Of a DNA stretch of 64,000 bases, positions 22,533 to 36,381 are shown one piece after another. The stretch covers positions 649,170 through 713,169 of the forward strand of contig NMRA01000092.1 in the NCBI GenBank assembly GCA_002633005.1, given 5' to 3'. Numbering within the stretch: position 1 is the first letter of the stretch; each line of letters starts with the position of its first letter. Position numbers and translations under genes: made by a program. This stretch comes from Phoronis australis (lineage: Eukaryota; Animalia; Phoronida). Under the pieces are notes generated by a model. It worked only from the letters and a program-made list of their open reading frames with translations, was not told the origin of the DNA and did not search any database.

Positions 22533-22852
22533 CGTGTAAACAAATATGTTCACTAATGCATATACGGGTAAACACATACCTTTACTAATGCATATATGTG
22601 TAAACACATACCTTTACCAATGCATATATGTGTAAACACATACCTTTACTAATGCATATATGTGTAAATACATACCTTTACCAATGCATATATGTGTAAA
22701 CACATACCTTTACCAATGCATATATGTGTAAACACATACCTTTACCAATGCATATATGTGTAAACACATACCTTTACTAATGCATATATGTGTAAACACA
22801 TACCTTTACTAATGCATATATGTGTAAATACATACCTTTACTAATGCATATG
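22533..22852. repeat. 32-bp minisatellite, 9 near-perfect copies, overlapping the INPP5A exon 9 donor
   Basis: Unit cacatacctttactaatgcatatatgtgtaaa. catacc recurs every 32 bp from 22575 to 22831. Confidence 0.95.
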
Positions 22853-22920
22853 TATCTAAACGGAAGTTAAAATCTCCAAAAAGGAAGGCTGGAAGCTTTT
22901 CAATATCATCAGTTTCAAAC
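22836..22920 (-). CDS. INPP5A: INPP5A exon 9
   Basis: tcattctcag|...FETDDIEKLPAFLFGDFNFRLDTYALVK|gtatgt. Carries 5-phosphatase motif 1 (FGDFNFR). Confidence 0.97.
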
Positions 22921-23753
22921 CTGAGAATGAAAAAAGGGAAGCAACTCAAGATCTCTTCAAATAAATTCTAAAACTTAGGCAATCAATAACACTGCACTTG
23001 GTAGTAGTTTGCTGAACAAGAGAATAAAATACTTAATGAAATAAATTAACTTTTGTGAAGATCATAGAACCACATTTTTACATGACAAACCATGTTTCTT
23101 CTCTGAAGCTGTTAAACACCCACACAACTCTAATTAGGTCAAGCCACAATCACAAGCCTCAAACTGGAATAAATCAAATCTGAGTGAATCAGTAAATCTT
23201 CCTGTCAAAACTTCCGATAAATTCTACTCGGTCTATGTTTTTATCATGCAAAATAAAAAAAAAACGTTCCACCCAACAACACAAACTAAATTTAATGATT
23301 TTGAATGAAGGCACTTCGTGGGGATTTAATTGATCTCACATTACTGGAAACATTAAGTTCTAGGAGTAGAAAGATAAACAGTGTGCATCTCAGACAATAA
23401 AGTATCCTACTTCACTTGGGGATAATTAGGAGACGTTTTTGCCTCAAAATAAACTCGCTGTTTGCAACCAGACAGTTGACTGGATGTAATACAACTGTCA
23501 CATGTGAGCAACCGATGCAATCATACAGACACTGCCTTACAGGGAATGAACAGGTAATCAGCTTTTAATATTCCAATGGGCCAAAAACATTAGATTGACT
23601 GGATTTTAAAGTTTTTACATGAATCACACCTCCGTCCATTGCAAAGAAACAGAATCAATAGTCATAAATTCTTAATTACCTATAAACGAAAAATATACGT
23701 CTATAAATTTCTTTTGAACTTTATGAAATTTTCATCAAGCAAACACAATGTAC

Positions 23754-23873
23754 CAGTTCAAGGCATAGTCAAATGCTCTATTCCTGAACTCTGAGTATGT
23801 TGAGGGACTTCTCTCCAGTGCTGTGAGGTTGGACGCATCGTGGAAAAGGTGAATGTTTATCAAATCAAATTTT
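23754..23873 (-). CDS. INPP5A: INPP5A exon 8
   Basis: gtttcag|...KFDLINIHLFHDASNLTALERSPSTYSEFRNRAFDYALN|gtacat; human FDLVNIHLFHDASNL. Confidence 0.96.
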
Positions 23874-24670
23874 CTGAAACAAAAAACAAAGCAAATAGGT
23901 AGCCCGACATCGTTACAACACTAAATAAGACTAATAGTGTGATGCCGACACATCATCGACTTGGAAGAAACCGTTACCCAATCGCTGGTCGCACAAAAAT
24001 GGCACGTCTGATATTTCCTGCAAATCCAACATTGCTTGACCACAAAGTAACATGCATACATCTAAGTAGTATTCACTGGGCAACTCACTGGGGACAAAGA
24101 ACAACTGGATTCTGGTGTAAAGTCTATGTGATCAATTAAATTTCCCTTGCAACAGATCTGTAGACAAGGATATTGACTCTTCTACCATACAGCCCTCTTC
24201 TGGCCTTCTGGACTAGTCCTCAGGCCTTGTTGTACTTGTCTCACAACTCACAACATATTCTCCTGTCAGTTTATTTAACTGAAGACAGCCTAGGCTATAA
24301 ACACCTTTGTCCACACTGACTTGGGACAGAATTTCTTCTCTTTATTTGTTCAGAGTAACATGCCTTCTCTAGCCATGTGGGTGCTATTTCGATTTCACTT
24401 CTGTGGCATTTACGGGGTGCATTTACGACTCATTTTCCAGAAATGTCGGTACAATATATTACACAGAAACGCTATTCATACTTTGTATCACATTATGATT
24501 TTATAGCCATCTAGTCTCAACTTTGACATTTCCTAGATATTGAACAACAAAAAGACACGTCAGCATCAAACGTGCACTGTTGTAGGTTTTTACACACAAA
24601 CTTGAAACACCTACAACACTCACACACAATTACACACACACAGTATCTTATGAAGCAAAATCAAACTTAC

Positions 24671-24723
24671 ACATTATACAACCACCATCTTGTCCTGAGG
24701 AAACCTTTCCTTGACCACCTACA
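24671..24723 (-). CDS. INPP5A: INPP5A exon 7
   Basis: gttacag|CRWSRKGFLRTRWWLYN(V)|gtaagt; human CKWSRKGFIRTRW. Confidence 0.96.
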
Positions 24724-26818
24724 CTGTAACCGAACATAAAATACAGTTGAAAATAAGAATATTTCTAAGTGCACAGATTAAGACAATTCTTCCCCTATTT
24801 AGCACACAATGAGGTGGACATGAGAAATTCCATTGCACTTCTCAACAAAAAAGGTATTGAGAAAATTGTAGTATGTGAGCTTTGTTTGCACTGCGTGAAC
24901 GTTGAAAACAACATGTGGCAAAGATGCTGAAGTTTTTATAAATAAGAAAAATCAATTTTGGATATTATTTTTGTGTGAAATAAGTGATAAATTATGGTAC
25001 ATACTGGTGCATCACCTAACACAGCCACATGGCTCGGGTGATTTTCGTTCATATTTCAATTTAATAACGTTCCACTTTCGCATGAGAGATTATCAAAAAA
25101 CAGGACTACATGATTTCCATGAAAAACTCAAAAGTTGCATAAAGTGAAAGAGAAATAATAACTTATAAAACTGTGACAGTATTTTTGAGTTTTCCATAAA
25201 TATTTGTCAAATAAAAATTGGGTAACGTTACTGCAGGTGGTTGTTTTACTACAACTCTACCTTAAACTTTTTGACTATATTTTAATAAAAATGCAAGGTC
25301 ACGTGACCAAATGACTGGCAGCTTGGTATCAAGTCAAAAATCAAATTCTACAGGCTATGTATTTTCAGAAAGTATACACTTTCACTGAATTAACTTTTAT
25401 TTTTGCGTATATTTAGCTAAATTAACTAACTCGTCGATAAGATTCCACACAATTTAGTTAGTCCTCACACCACACTTTAAAGCCACTATGAACTGGTGTC
25501 AAAGAAAACTTTCTTCACAGGCATAATTGCTCTTCCAAAGCAAAGATATGGCATTCTCTTTATCCTTTGTTCGAATTAAACTGCGTTACAATAAAACGCT
25601 TGGAACTCCCATGACAGACATTATGCTTTGAAATCCATAACTAACTAACTGTGACTAGACTCTCAATGAGTCTCGTGTGAACAATAACCAACTACCAGTA
25701 CAATTGGGGGCTGAGTAAGGATCAAAATGAGACTCATTGTATAACGGTAAACGGTTCATATCAAAGGTTACATTTTTACAAAGGCGAGGCTCTGTTGCAC
25801 CTTCGGGTCATGTAGTACCCTAGTCATAATTCCAAATTTGACTAACTTTGGAACATTGTATCTCAGTAATGGCCGATCAGGCTCATAGGAAACTTTCAGA
25901 CGCTATACTTCTTGCACTGTTTTTAAATTTTTCAATTTTTGCGTAATGGGCAATACAACGTCGGACTTCTACGACTCGTGAGAAAAATCAAAAGTTGCAT
26001 GAAACAAAAACTAAATAATTTAGAAAACAGTAGCAACATTTACATTAAATGAAATTTGTCCACGGGATTGGCACCGTAATTTTGCAAAGAATGTAGCTCG
26101 CTTTTTCTTAAATTTTCATAAAATACTGGGTCACATGATCTAATCAACGGCGGGTTGGTTAAAAATTGTAAATCAAATTCTACAGGCTTTCTGCTTTCAC
26201 ATAATTTTACAGACTTGTTGATAAGGTCCATATAACCCTAAGCATATTCTTAATGAATTCATTGCAAACATGTTTTATTCATTCTTCGAACTCATTAGTA
26301 TAGTTAGGTTTTAATATAAGTCAGATTTCCAATAGAAACCAGACTCGAACAGAAGCCAGGAGAGTAGGTACCCTAAAATTAATAAACATCGGGTCTCTAA
26401 GATTAATCACGTCTCTGATACATTTGTTACTCTCCAGCAGATGGAGCTGCCTACTTCACTGTTTTTCATCATACTTTTAACTAGCATGTCAGTCTTTCAT
26501 TATAAAAACCAGGTTTAGCGTACATCTGAAATATGACGTTAGATCTCACCTATTGAAAACAGTAAGAATTTTTGGCAAAAATTTTAAGTCCTGTCAGCAC
26601 GCCATCTGTTGGCCACATAACGTGACCTAATGAATGTAAATAACATCTTTTCAGACTTCCATTCGTTAGGTCACATCATGTGGTTAACAGATGGCGTGCT
26701 GACAAGACTTGAAATGTTTGCAACATATTTTCCACGCCCTATTGAGATTGACATATTCATATACATATTCATATACATATTCATGTACATTAAGACCACA
26801 GTTCATTTTTACACTTAC

Positions 26819-26922
26819 ATCTGGAAACATGTGTACTGGAAATTTTATTTTTTCTTTGATAGGGACACTTTCTATGCTGCCTGAGACCACTTCCTTTCCT
26901 TCTAATACCTCCCATGCTTTTT
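26819..26922 (-). CDS. INPP5A: INPP5A exon 6
   Basis: cttttgcag|(E)KAWEVLEGKEVVSGSIESVPIKEKIKFPVHMFPD|gtaagt; human ...EKEKFPQDYFPE. Confidence 0.95.
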
Positions 26923-28013
26923 CTGCAAAAGAAGATAAAAAGGCATCTTTAGATCAATGTTACTGAGCAAGAGTTACAAATTTATTGCACATAACCTTGG
27001 CAAAAAGCAGAGAGGAAATTGGTACAGTTTATGGATCACTTAACAAAAAATTAGCAACGGTAAAAATTTTCCAGTTGGAGAGGGTGGAAAATTAATTATT
27101 TTGCTTCGGGCTGGAGCTCGTAACAAATGTTAGAAATGTATAATATTGGCCATCTCAAATTCAAGAGTCATGATCAATGACAAATCATTATTCACCCCCA
27201 TGTTACACACTACTGGGATGTCTGAAAACGTTGCGTCAGCAGCTATTTTTGATGATTTTATGAAAACAATGATAAGAGCGCAGGCTGTCTGACATCTTGT
27301 GGTGCATCAGACGTGCACAGGCCTCATGGTTGGGCCCATTACTCAAAACACCTGGACTAAACTCACGAGACCCTTCATTTGCTACAGATCAAACAAACAA
27401 GTTTCAAAGTCTGTCTGTCTCTTTGAAGAAAATGGACGGACATTTCCATTTGTTGCCAAGCACTATATGCCAACAAACGGAGAAGTCTGTCTAGTTTCTC
27501 AAATAAGACAGGCAGACTTGAAAACTTATTTCACAAAGAATCTTTTGATCAATAACAGGGCTCAAGAGATTTCAGGAACTGGCAAGTCTATTTTCAGACT
27601 GTTGATACAAAATGCAATGTCCTGTACTTGAGAAATATTTTGAACGCCAAAAGTACCCATGTTCAAATCTTCACAATAAAGAAAATTCAAATTTGGCTTG
27701 AATGTCCCAGTCCCAAGTTTTAGAGACTGTCCCAAACTCGAGAATTTTTATCCTGCTACTCTGGAGTGATGTCAGCACCTAATTCCAAAGACAGCAGGCA
27801 GGATGCTTTTGTGAACGCTCCTTTTAAGTGTCTGATCTGCCTTCTAATCAAACACCCTATAAATATTCACATCCGAAGTTGGTGCAACTGTTTAAAATTG
27901 ATGTGTAAATACCATTGTGCAGAAAAAAATCATAAATGAGCACTGGCCCAAGCCGCACTACACATGACGTACACAGTACTACGCAGTGACAAATGCTAAA
28001 CAGTAAGACTCAC

Positions 28014-28077
28014 CTTGAAAGTTCCACACTTGCACGTCACTCACGCTCTCGTGTACGAAATAAACGGCACCTAAAGC
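28014..28077 (-). CDS. INPP5A: INPP5A exon 5
   Basis: gttcgcag|ALGAVYFVHESVSDVQVWNFQ|gtgagt; human ALGSFYFLHESL. Confidence 0.95.
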
Positions 28078-29199
28078 CTGCGAACAGTGGGGAAAGGTTT
28101 TACAGTAGAATCTCACCAATTCAGGACACAACATTTCAAATAAGTGAAATTTCATTTTCTCATTTTTACATAAAAACAAGTAGGACCACGTTGATGTTTT
28201 TTCAACTTCAAGTTCACTACCACGACAACAGTAATTCTTCACTTATTTAGCATACAATATGGCGGACAAGTGAAATTTTGCTTTGTCAACTTTCGCAAAA
28301 GGAATGGATGTTACGGAACTTTCATCGAGTTAGCTTAGTTTGTAGCGTGCACACATAAAACAACATTTGGTGAAGTTTCTATAATTTGCAATAAAATGAT
28401 TGGCCTTTGAAAAAATGGAAAAATTACAATTCTGACCATTATTTTTGTGCAAAATAAGTGGAAAACAAATGATCCAATAGATTTCCATCCTCACTTGGTG
28501 AGATTTAATGGTACTACATAACACTTCTATGTTTACATAATGAGCTCATCAAGATAATTGCATCAAACTATTTAGATAAGGTTAAACAAACTTGTTGGCA
28601 GTGAAGTACTACAAATTTACACAGAGGGCAAAGAATGAGAATGCCAGAAAGGAATTTATATTCAGATTGACACAAAGATTAAACTTAGATGTTGAAATGT
28701 TTGACTGAAACCTTGCATCTATTTGTAAAACTTCAGCATTTCCATCTAAAACGTCTACAAAAAGTCTTAGCAATCAGGCAAACACAGGTAATTTATGGTG
28801 GGGAAACGTACTAGTAACATACTGCACTAGCACAACAACTGAACGGGTTGAGGGAAGTGTAAGCTTCCGTCAGAACACTACTCAGCAAGAACTTAATATT
28901 TCTTTCACGGAATGCGGCTTTTATTTTTGAGCCACCTTCAATATCGACTTTACAACTTCGATAAAATTCATAAAATGTGCGAGTTAAAAATGATTTCATA
29001 ATGTACAGGTTAAATATGATTCCACCACGATGTTCATAGGCTTTTAAAATTTTCTTTAATCATCTCAACGTATACACCACATAAAACTGGCCACGTGTGT
29101 TCAGATTGGAAGTAACAGTGAATCACGACTGAAAAAATCTTTTTCCAAAGCATGCCAGAAGTCCAACATGAAAATCTAGTAATTTGATGTCCCACTTAC

Positions 29200-29287
29200 A
29201 GTAAATTTAGCCTCAACAGTGAAGTCTTCATCTAAGAAGACCCTGCCACGATCATATGACTCCAATTCTTTGCCAGCAAGAAGCCGT
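29200..29287 (-). CDS. INPP5A: INPP5A exon 4
   Basis: ctttacag|RLLAGKELESYDRGRVFLDEDFTVEAKFT|gtaagt; human YNRARVYLDENY...FT. Confidence 0.95.
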
Positions 29288-30339
29288 CTGTAAAGAAGAT
29301 TCATTGAAAGGTGCACTTCTGGACTATCACCAGTTAAAATGAAACACCAACAGTAAGTTTTGTCAGTTCAGTGCAAACTACGGAGGAACAGTGGTGTTTT
29401 ATTTCATCAAAAATTTCAACAAATGAAGAAAAACTTTTTTAATTCATTACTTGCTCATATTTATATAGTAAAATAATCAACAACGGACTCATAAAGATAT
29501 TTTGAGAATTTTTAACAACTGAATGCAGAGATTAAAAAAAATGGATAAATCACAATTTCGGCAATTAGTTTTGGTCAAATACAATTGCCATGACAGCATT
29601 AGTCTCAACATTCAGCAGAAATGGACAGACAATCTACAACTGAACTGAAATGCTTAAATTTCCCCGTCATTTTTTTTCATTCACATATAATACTGTGGAT
29701 CTTCCCCATGCTAATTGGACACGCGTTATGATTATGGAAAATGTTGTCATGGCTTTTGTAGGGCAAATGACCCAGTTTATCGTTTGGCTCTTCAGCTAGA
29801 CAGCAGGTTTCAGCTACTTATACAGTGCAAGACAAAAGTAATCAGATCAAATACCACTTTCAAATCACGACAGCTAAGTCTGTTCACAGTACAAATGACT
29901 GGTACTAACTGTTAGGGTAGCAAACTTCTAATTACAGAGTGGCTTAACCACGTTTAAAAACTGACTTTCCTGATAATTCTCCTTCATTCTCGGGGAAGAA
30001 TACTCTGACGATAAATTCAGCTTCTCCCCGGCCGTCATGATGGGGAATTTCGGGTCATTTTGTCCAAATGCTTTTGGCTACTACTGTAAATGGTGTTTGA
30101 CATTTTATATTGATGACACCACTTATAGTGCCCATGAACTCCTACAGTAAAGTCCACTGAGCAGGTCAACAACAGTCTAAGCCTGTTATCAAGAAAATTT
30201 GAAGTTATTACTCCAGTTACATTGCATCTACTGGCATTTAACTTCCTTGTAATAATAATCAATTTCCAGTAATACACAACACCACTGAAATAGTATAGCT
30301 GTAGATATAGTAAGAAATGGGTGGAGTTTATTTACATAC

Positions 30340-30440
30340 TTGACAAAGTGATTGACATGTTGCATTGATTCTTCATAATTCTTGCCACCGATCTCCTGAA
30401 GGTGGATGGCAAGCAGCCCTGGGTTGATTTGATTGACAGA
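30340..30440 (-). CDS. INPP5A: INPP5A exon 3
   Basis: ctatttcag|SVNQINPGLLAIHLQEIGGKNYEESMQHVNHFV(K)|gtatgt; human ALHCQEFGGKNYEASM. Confidence 0.96.
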
Positions 30441-32660
30441 CTGAAATAGAAAACAAGTAATGAATGATTGTGCAGGGAAATAATGACTCTAAGCACAAAG
30501 GAGGTCGTTAATCCAACTTGCAACTCTAATCAATTGTTTAATTCACTTGGTTTCTTGCATCAGTTAGAGGAGATCAGAAAGAGTTCTCGCAAGATATAAC
30601 CATGCAATGCAAGCAAAGCATGTGATATCACTCGCTTTCACTCACCAATGCCATGTATTGCAGAATGACCCCTAGCTGGATGCACCCCTCCCCCCCCAGA
30701 TGGCCCCCAAATACATTGTGGGAGGTGTTCATGAGGTCAGGGGATAATAGAACAACAGGCATTGATGACAAAAGAAACACTCTGCAACACTCAAGGTTTC
30801 AAGTGGACAACATACATATGGGTGTTTTAATGTCAAGATTAGTAGCGTACACTAAGATGTTCAGGTTATCATGGAAACATGAATTGAATAAAACATAGTT
30901 ATCCTCTCAACCCCAGGCTTCCACACTCTTGACAGCCCACGATAACTTCCTTTGTGTTCAAGTCTAGAGTAAAATTCTCCAGTTGTAGCAATCTCTAAAA
31001 TTATTCAAAATTGAATTTTCTTGACTGAAGATTTCGGTAGTCATCACATTCCTCAAATATTGAACACATCATTTTGTATTAATAATTTGCAAATAAACTT
31101 CGCAGTTCACACAATTATCGAAAATAGTCCCCAACACTACTTTTTATGCAACCCCATAGTATGCAACCACTGAGCGTAATTCTTGAATTGGGGACTGCCA
31201 ATACAACAGGTCTATTTCTAAAATTTTGTACAAGCTCCGACCTTGAGCAAAGTAATTATTTTTTCACTGTCCCAAACCAGAGAAGTTTCTCAGTAATCTG
31301 GTGCAATTGTTGATCTTTCCCAAGCAGTTGACAGACAAAGCAGAGTCCTGGGTTTGGGCGGCCATTTCAAAGGCTAGAACCCTCACAAAAGTTGAGATCT
31401 CGCAGATCACAATATATTCAATCCTAAGTGTCCACGCATCTGTTTCATGAAAAGTGACTTAAGACTTAAGGCAGAAATTTGGTCTTACACAACACACTAA
31501 ACACAACTTATTTCTGAAAATTCTTTACAACTCACTTAAGCAAAAATGCAGTTTCTGAGAATGTACACTTGCCCCGTAACTGATAAATAGGGAGATAATT
31601 TATATAAATTATTCATAGACATAATAACTTAGTTAAACTTTTATTTTCAGCCATTGTGAAGAGGGAACACGAGACCAAATTTGTCTCAAGTCTGAAGTCA
31701 CTTTCATTAAACAGGACACTGGTGGACATAGGGCTACAGATGCAGTATTCATGGTAACTGTTTGCAGAGGCAAGGAAGGTACTTTCCTTAAAAATACAGA
31801 GCTCGTGAATACAAGTTCATCAATAGTTTGCCGGACAGCTGAAACCGATGGCACCAAAAAGGTTGTAGGTTAATTCTTTGCTTACTTAGCACACAAATGG
31901 CTAACAAGTTTTTAACAAGAATTTAAAAATTCTATTTTGTCAAATCTCTCCACAAAAGAAAACTTTTTGGTTTATTACCAGCGTGGCTTAGCCTCACTAG
32001 CCTGTGGATGTCGCAAAACAACATTTGGTAAAGATTCCACTGTTTTGCAGCAAGGCGATCAGAATTTGAAAGATAGAAAAAGGATAATTTTGGTAATTAC
32101 TTTTGTGTACAATAAATTGAGAATAACGGTACTTGATGCAAACTTTATGAGAAACCACATCTTCAGTCCAAATCGAATTTGGATGGCAAAAATGTTTATG
32201 TTTTGCACACTACTACAGTCCATCACATGAATGCAGTGATACAAACACATGATGTGATCTCATGCAATTAAGAATCAGGGCACTGGATTAAGAGTTAGCC
32301 GCAGGGTTTTTCAGTACAGCTGCCAGATTAAAGCAATCAAGACATGATAGTATTTATGGGTATGGCTGGTCAGTTTTGTACTACTTGTATGTACATCAGT
32401 AATTCATCACAAAGAAAATAATATCATAGCAGAGAGGACTACAAGGAGCAGAGGGTCTGGACTGCGTACTGCAAAAACTCACCAATTTTGGATGAAAATA
32501 ATTGCCAAAATTGCACTTTTCCCATTTTAGATATTGTACAAAACTAGACTACACCAAAGCATTAACTTGGTGCTATATATCTCATGAAAAAGAGAATTAA
32601 AATTGCACTTGTCAGCCATATTGTCAACAATTGGTGAGATTTTTCTATGCTGTCACGTGT

Positions 32661-32756
32661 GAGGCTCATCACTGGGACTGATTGCGAGGCCCGTCACTGG
32701 GACTGATTGTGAGGCCCGTCACTGGGAATGATTGCGAGGCCCGTCACTGGGACTGA
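32661..32756. repeat. 25-bp minisatellite x ~4
   Basis: (gaggcccgtcactgggactgattgc)n. Confidence 0.9.
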
Positions 32757-32782
32757 AAGTGGTGTGAATGTGTAGAGAGCCT

Positions 32783-33528
32783 TCATGGAAAGCAGTGCTA
32801 AAAAGTACAGATATTGCTATCCAAGTAAAAGGAAAATAATGACAACTGGGACTTCACGATTGTCAAAAAAAATTAAGTCTGCTTCCTCAGTAGCATGGCG
32901 TGTACTGTAAAGATGTCATGAGCCAAAATTTTGATAAAATTGACATAGTTAATACATCAACATAGTCAACTTTCAAACATTAATAATATTGTAATTTTGA
33001 CAATAAGCAAAATATCCATAGAATTACTGGAGAAGCCTCACTCGTTCTTAGCAGCAACACATTTTTTATGATAGGATATGACACGATACATTTAGACATT
33101 ATCGGGGAGAAAAACGATATGTTGAGACTAGCCCCGGTACGGATTCGAACCTGANTCATGGAAAGCAGTGCTAAAAAGTACAGATATTGCTATCCAAGTA
33201 AAAGAAAAATAATGACAACTGGGACTTCACGATTGTCAAAAAAAAATTAAGTCTGCTTCCTCAGTAGCATGGCGTGTACTGTAAAGATGTCATGAGCCAA
33301 AATTTTGATAAAATTGACATAGTTAATACATCAACATAGTCAACTTTCAAACATTAATAATATTGTAATTTTGACAATAAGCAAAATATCCATAGAATTA
33401 CTGGAGAAGCCTCACTCGTTCTTAGCAGCAACACATTTTTTATGATAGGATATGACACGATACATTTAGACATTATCGGGGAGAAAAACGATATGTTGAG
33501 ACTAGCCCCGGTACGGATTCGAACCCGA
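32783..33528. repeat. ~370-bp direct duplication across an assembly gap (N at 33155); probable allelic overlap artefact
   Basis: 32783-33154 and 33156-33528 are identical except for about 3 differences and are separated by a single N. Confidence 0.85.
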
Positions 33529-33577
33529 AACCTTTGCGCACGCAGTGTAACACTAAATGGTAACTGAGCTAAGCCCC
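33500..33577 (-). mobile_element. tRNA-derived SINE head or degenerate tRNA
   Basis: Minus strand reads GGGGCTTAGCTCAGTT...GGGTTCGAATCCGTACCGGGGCTA. Pol III A- and B-boxes are present but the acceptor stem does not pair. Confidence 0.6.
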
Positions 33578-36339
33578 ACTAAGTAAATGTCAGAGTATGT
33601 TAAGCATACTCGATTAGTGTAGTCACTGGCCTGGATTACAGTGAATGTCTCCTTGACAATGGCAAGAATATGCGATTTGAAATAAAATCATAACAACAAT
33701 GGATTTACTGTTTTACAGCTCTGTTCAAAGCTACTAACTTCAAAAAGTGTCCCATCCAACAACAACAATCCCCAAAATGTATTTTCCAGCTGTAAAACAC
33801 CACAATGGCCCTTAAAAACATTCACAGCCTGTCTCTCGCAAGATGGAAGCCCTGAAAGCTCCTTCAGACCGATTGAATTATTGCTTGCAATGGGTTGTAC
33901 CAATTAAAATACAGAATGGCAGATAAGGATATAGGCACTCATTAAGTAGTAGTGCGTGAAGCATTTGATCAGAGACATCAACTGAGCCAGCTTCTTCACG
34001 TCATTCATTAATATTACATGTCTAACGCTTTTGAATTTCCCAGTGGAAATCATTGCGAAGCCAGGGACCAGAACTGTGAAAGAAGGAATGCACTATGAGT
34101 TTTGTATATAGAATACGCAATTACCATCATCTTCAAAAGCCAATCTCACTCCAAACGCCTTTAAAAGACAAATGTAAATATTTTGGCAAACGGCGAAATG
34201 TAACCAACATAAGGCACAACATAGTAGACAAGTGGATTTTCATAAAAAAACCAGTAGAACATATTGTTTGTTTTAAGTTCTATACCGATCCTATCTACCA
34301 ACACGCACGAAAATGCATCTTCAACAGCTTTGATGACACATGGCATGTCAGTTCTCGGGTATTCTTTAATGTACTAGTATTTTTTCCTTTCTCAAAATGC
34401 ATACACGTGTCGCTTAGAGACAGCTGATCCAACTTTTGTTACGGCAACTAGTCTTGCGGCAGCAAATTATTTCAATTTTGAGCTCTGTTAAATTCGATTT
34501 CAAAGGTGGCCAGGACAACTTACTGGCTAAGGTCAAGCACCCATATTCGGGTAACCACCCACCCCAGCTTCTTAATTTAAATTTCTGACTTAAATTTCTA
34601 ATTTAAGCGCTCATTTCTTTAGTACCTTCCAACCTTCCAATTTCCAGGCTCACCCGGGAGTTAAAGCAAACATGACTTCCATAAAAAACAAGTTCTGATT
34701 TAGACCACTTACTGAAAGAAATTGGTCTTAAATTGTTCCTTAGTTCAAGCTCCTGAACAAGGAAGACATTGCTAATTTCTTTAGAGTGAACAACCTGCTG
34801 GCCCCAAGTCAGAACAATGAAATCTATTATTAACTGCATAAATAATGGCTATGAAAACCCACCCTGTGTTCTCGACATAGGAAGGGTAACAGGAGGTTGT
34901 ATCAACCTGTATGCATAGTGCAGTTTCTTGACAACTGTACAATTCAGCTGCAACACAAAACGTATTGTTGGGACTATGAACCAAAATGAACACCAGTGGT
35001 GAAACACAGGAGCTATTTTGGCTGCAGCAATAGCTGGAAATAATGGGCACAATTTTAAGTGACGTTGTATCATGGAAGACAGACGTCAACCTAATTATAG
35101 TGCTGAAAATTTTCCATTACCACAATAACGTTTTTTTAGTAATCTTACCGTTTCACAGCTTTACCTCCAGAAATTTGCCTACTGCTGACTGTTCAGAAGT
35201 TTTCATCCTCTTATTTTTCCTGGAAATTTGTACCTCAACCCGACATTTTTATGCAAACGGTTTGACTCAGATAATGCCACCTAGTGCAGCTTTTCAACAC
35301 ACAATTAATCCTTTTTAAAATGGCCCGTTGTCCTTGGAGGTATCCCATGAGTACAGAGGGTGAGTTTCACCACTTTGGCAACAGTTCTTGTTTCAGTAAC
35401 TTACATTACCCTATTCGTCCTCGTTAACTCCCAAGTTTGGCTAAACGCGCGTCCCCGTCATAATTTTCCAAACTGCCACTATAAACCCTCACTTCAGTTA
35501 TATGCCACTACTTTTGCTGCCAGAACTTCTAACACCGTCATATCTTGGCAGTTGCTCACTTCAGTTCCCAGTAAGCAAGTCATTAGTCTGCAAGACTGCA
35601 ACTAACAAACAATTCATTATTTGCATTCTCCGTCTACTTTTCCATGGAATGGATAAACGCAATTTCCTGTTGGTTAACCCCCAATCTGACATTTTTAACT
35701 GGAACATGCCCTTAACCACTAAGAATACCAAAATATACTATTAAATCCACCATTCTCCCAAACATCCAGCAGTTTCCTTTTTCTAACTGGTATTTAAAGT
35801 GACATTTCGCCGCTGTTTCTTTTGGCTTTGAAACTATTACCATGTTCATCAAATCTGAAATTGTTGCTGAATGAGCTTGCAACAGGCAGAGCACATGTGC
35901 GCCATTTTCGAATTTGCAATTTTAGGAATGGCCAACTTAATAAATTCTGAAACGTTTTCTCGCGTTGCTGATGGTTTCAAAGTTCTCGTTGGAAATGGCA
36001 ATGGACCCCTATCATTAGAATCTTACAAGCAGATTTTATGGGTGCACACGGCCTAATTAGAGATTTTTAGCCAGTTAAACATGTCAAAATCCAGCTTAAA
36101 GTGCAGAGGCATGTGGCTGGAATCAGCTGTGACTGCTAATGGCTCCTAATAAAGATAACTATAGCCCAGATAATGGACCAGTGTCAGCTTGGAAGCCATC
36201 ATTCTTTACTGAAAGAGACTAATGGAGCAACTGCATACACAGCCTGGGGCATCTTAGGTGATCACTGAAGAGTGGAGGAGGAAAAAATTACCTTACGATT
36301 TCTAGGTAGATTTGAGGCACAGCACATTGAAATACATAC

Positions 36340-36381
36340 CTTTAAAAATTCCGACAGCCACTGAGTAAGAGTATTTTCAGG
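36340..36381 (-). CDS. INPP5A: INPP5A exon 2
   Basis: ttttctttcag|PENTLTQWLSEFLK|gtatgt; human PENLQKNWLREFYQ. Confidence 0.93.

Noticed and set aside
22533-22852. CRISPR-like regular 32-bp periodicity
   Set aside because: Units are contiguous with no unique spacers, there are no cas genes, and the context is a eukaryotic intron. It is a minisatellite.
33500-33577. Functional tRNA gene
   Set aside because: A- and B-boxes are present, but the acceptor and D/anticodon arms do not fold. Treated as SINE-like.
34095-35750. Cluster of overlapping short ORFs as a nested gene or transposase remnant
   Set aside because: No RT, DDE or other motif recognised in any frame. BLASTX would be needed to exclude a decayed element.
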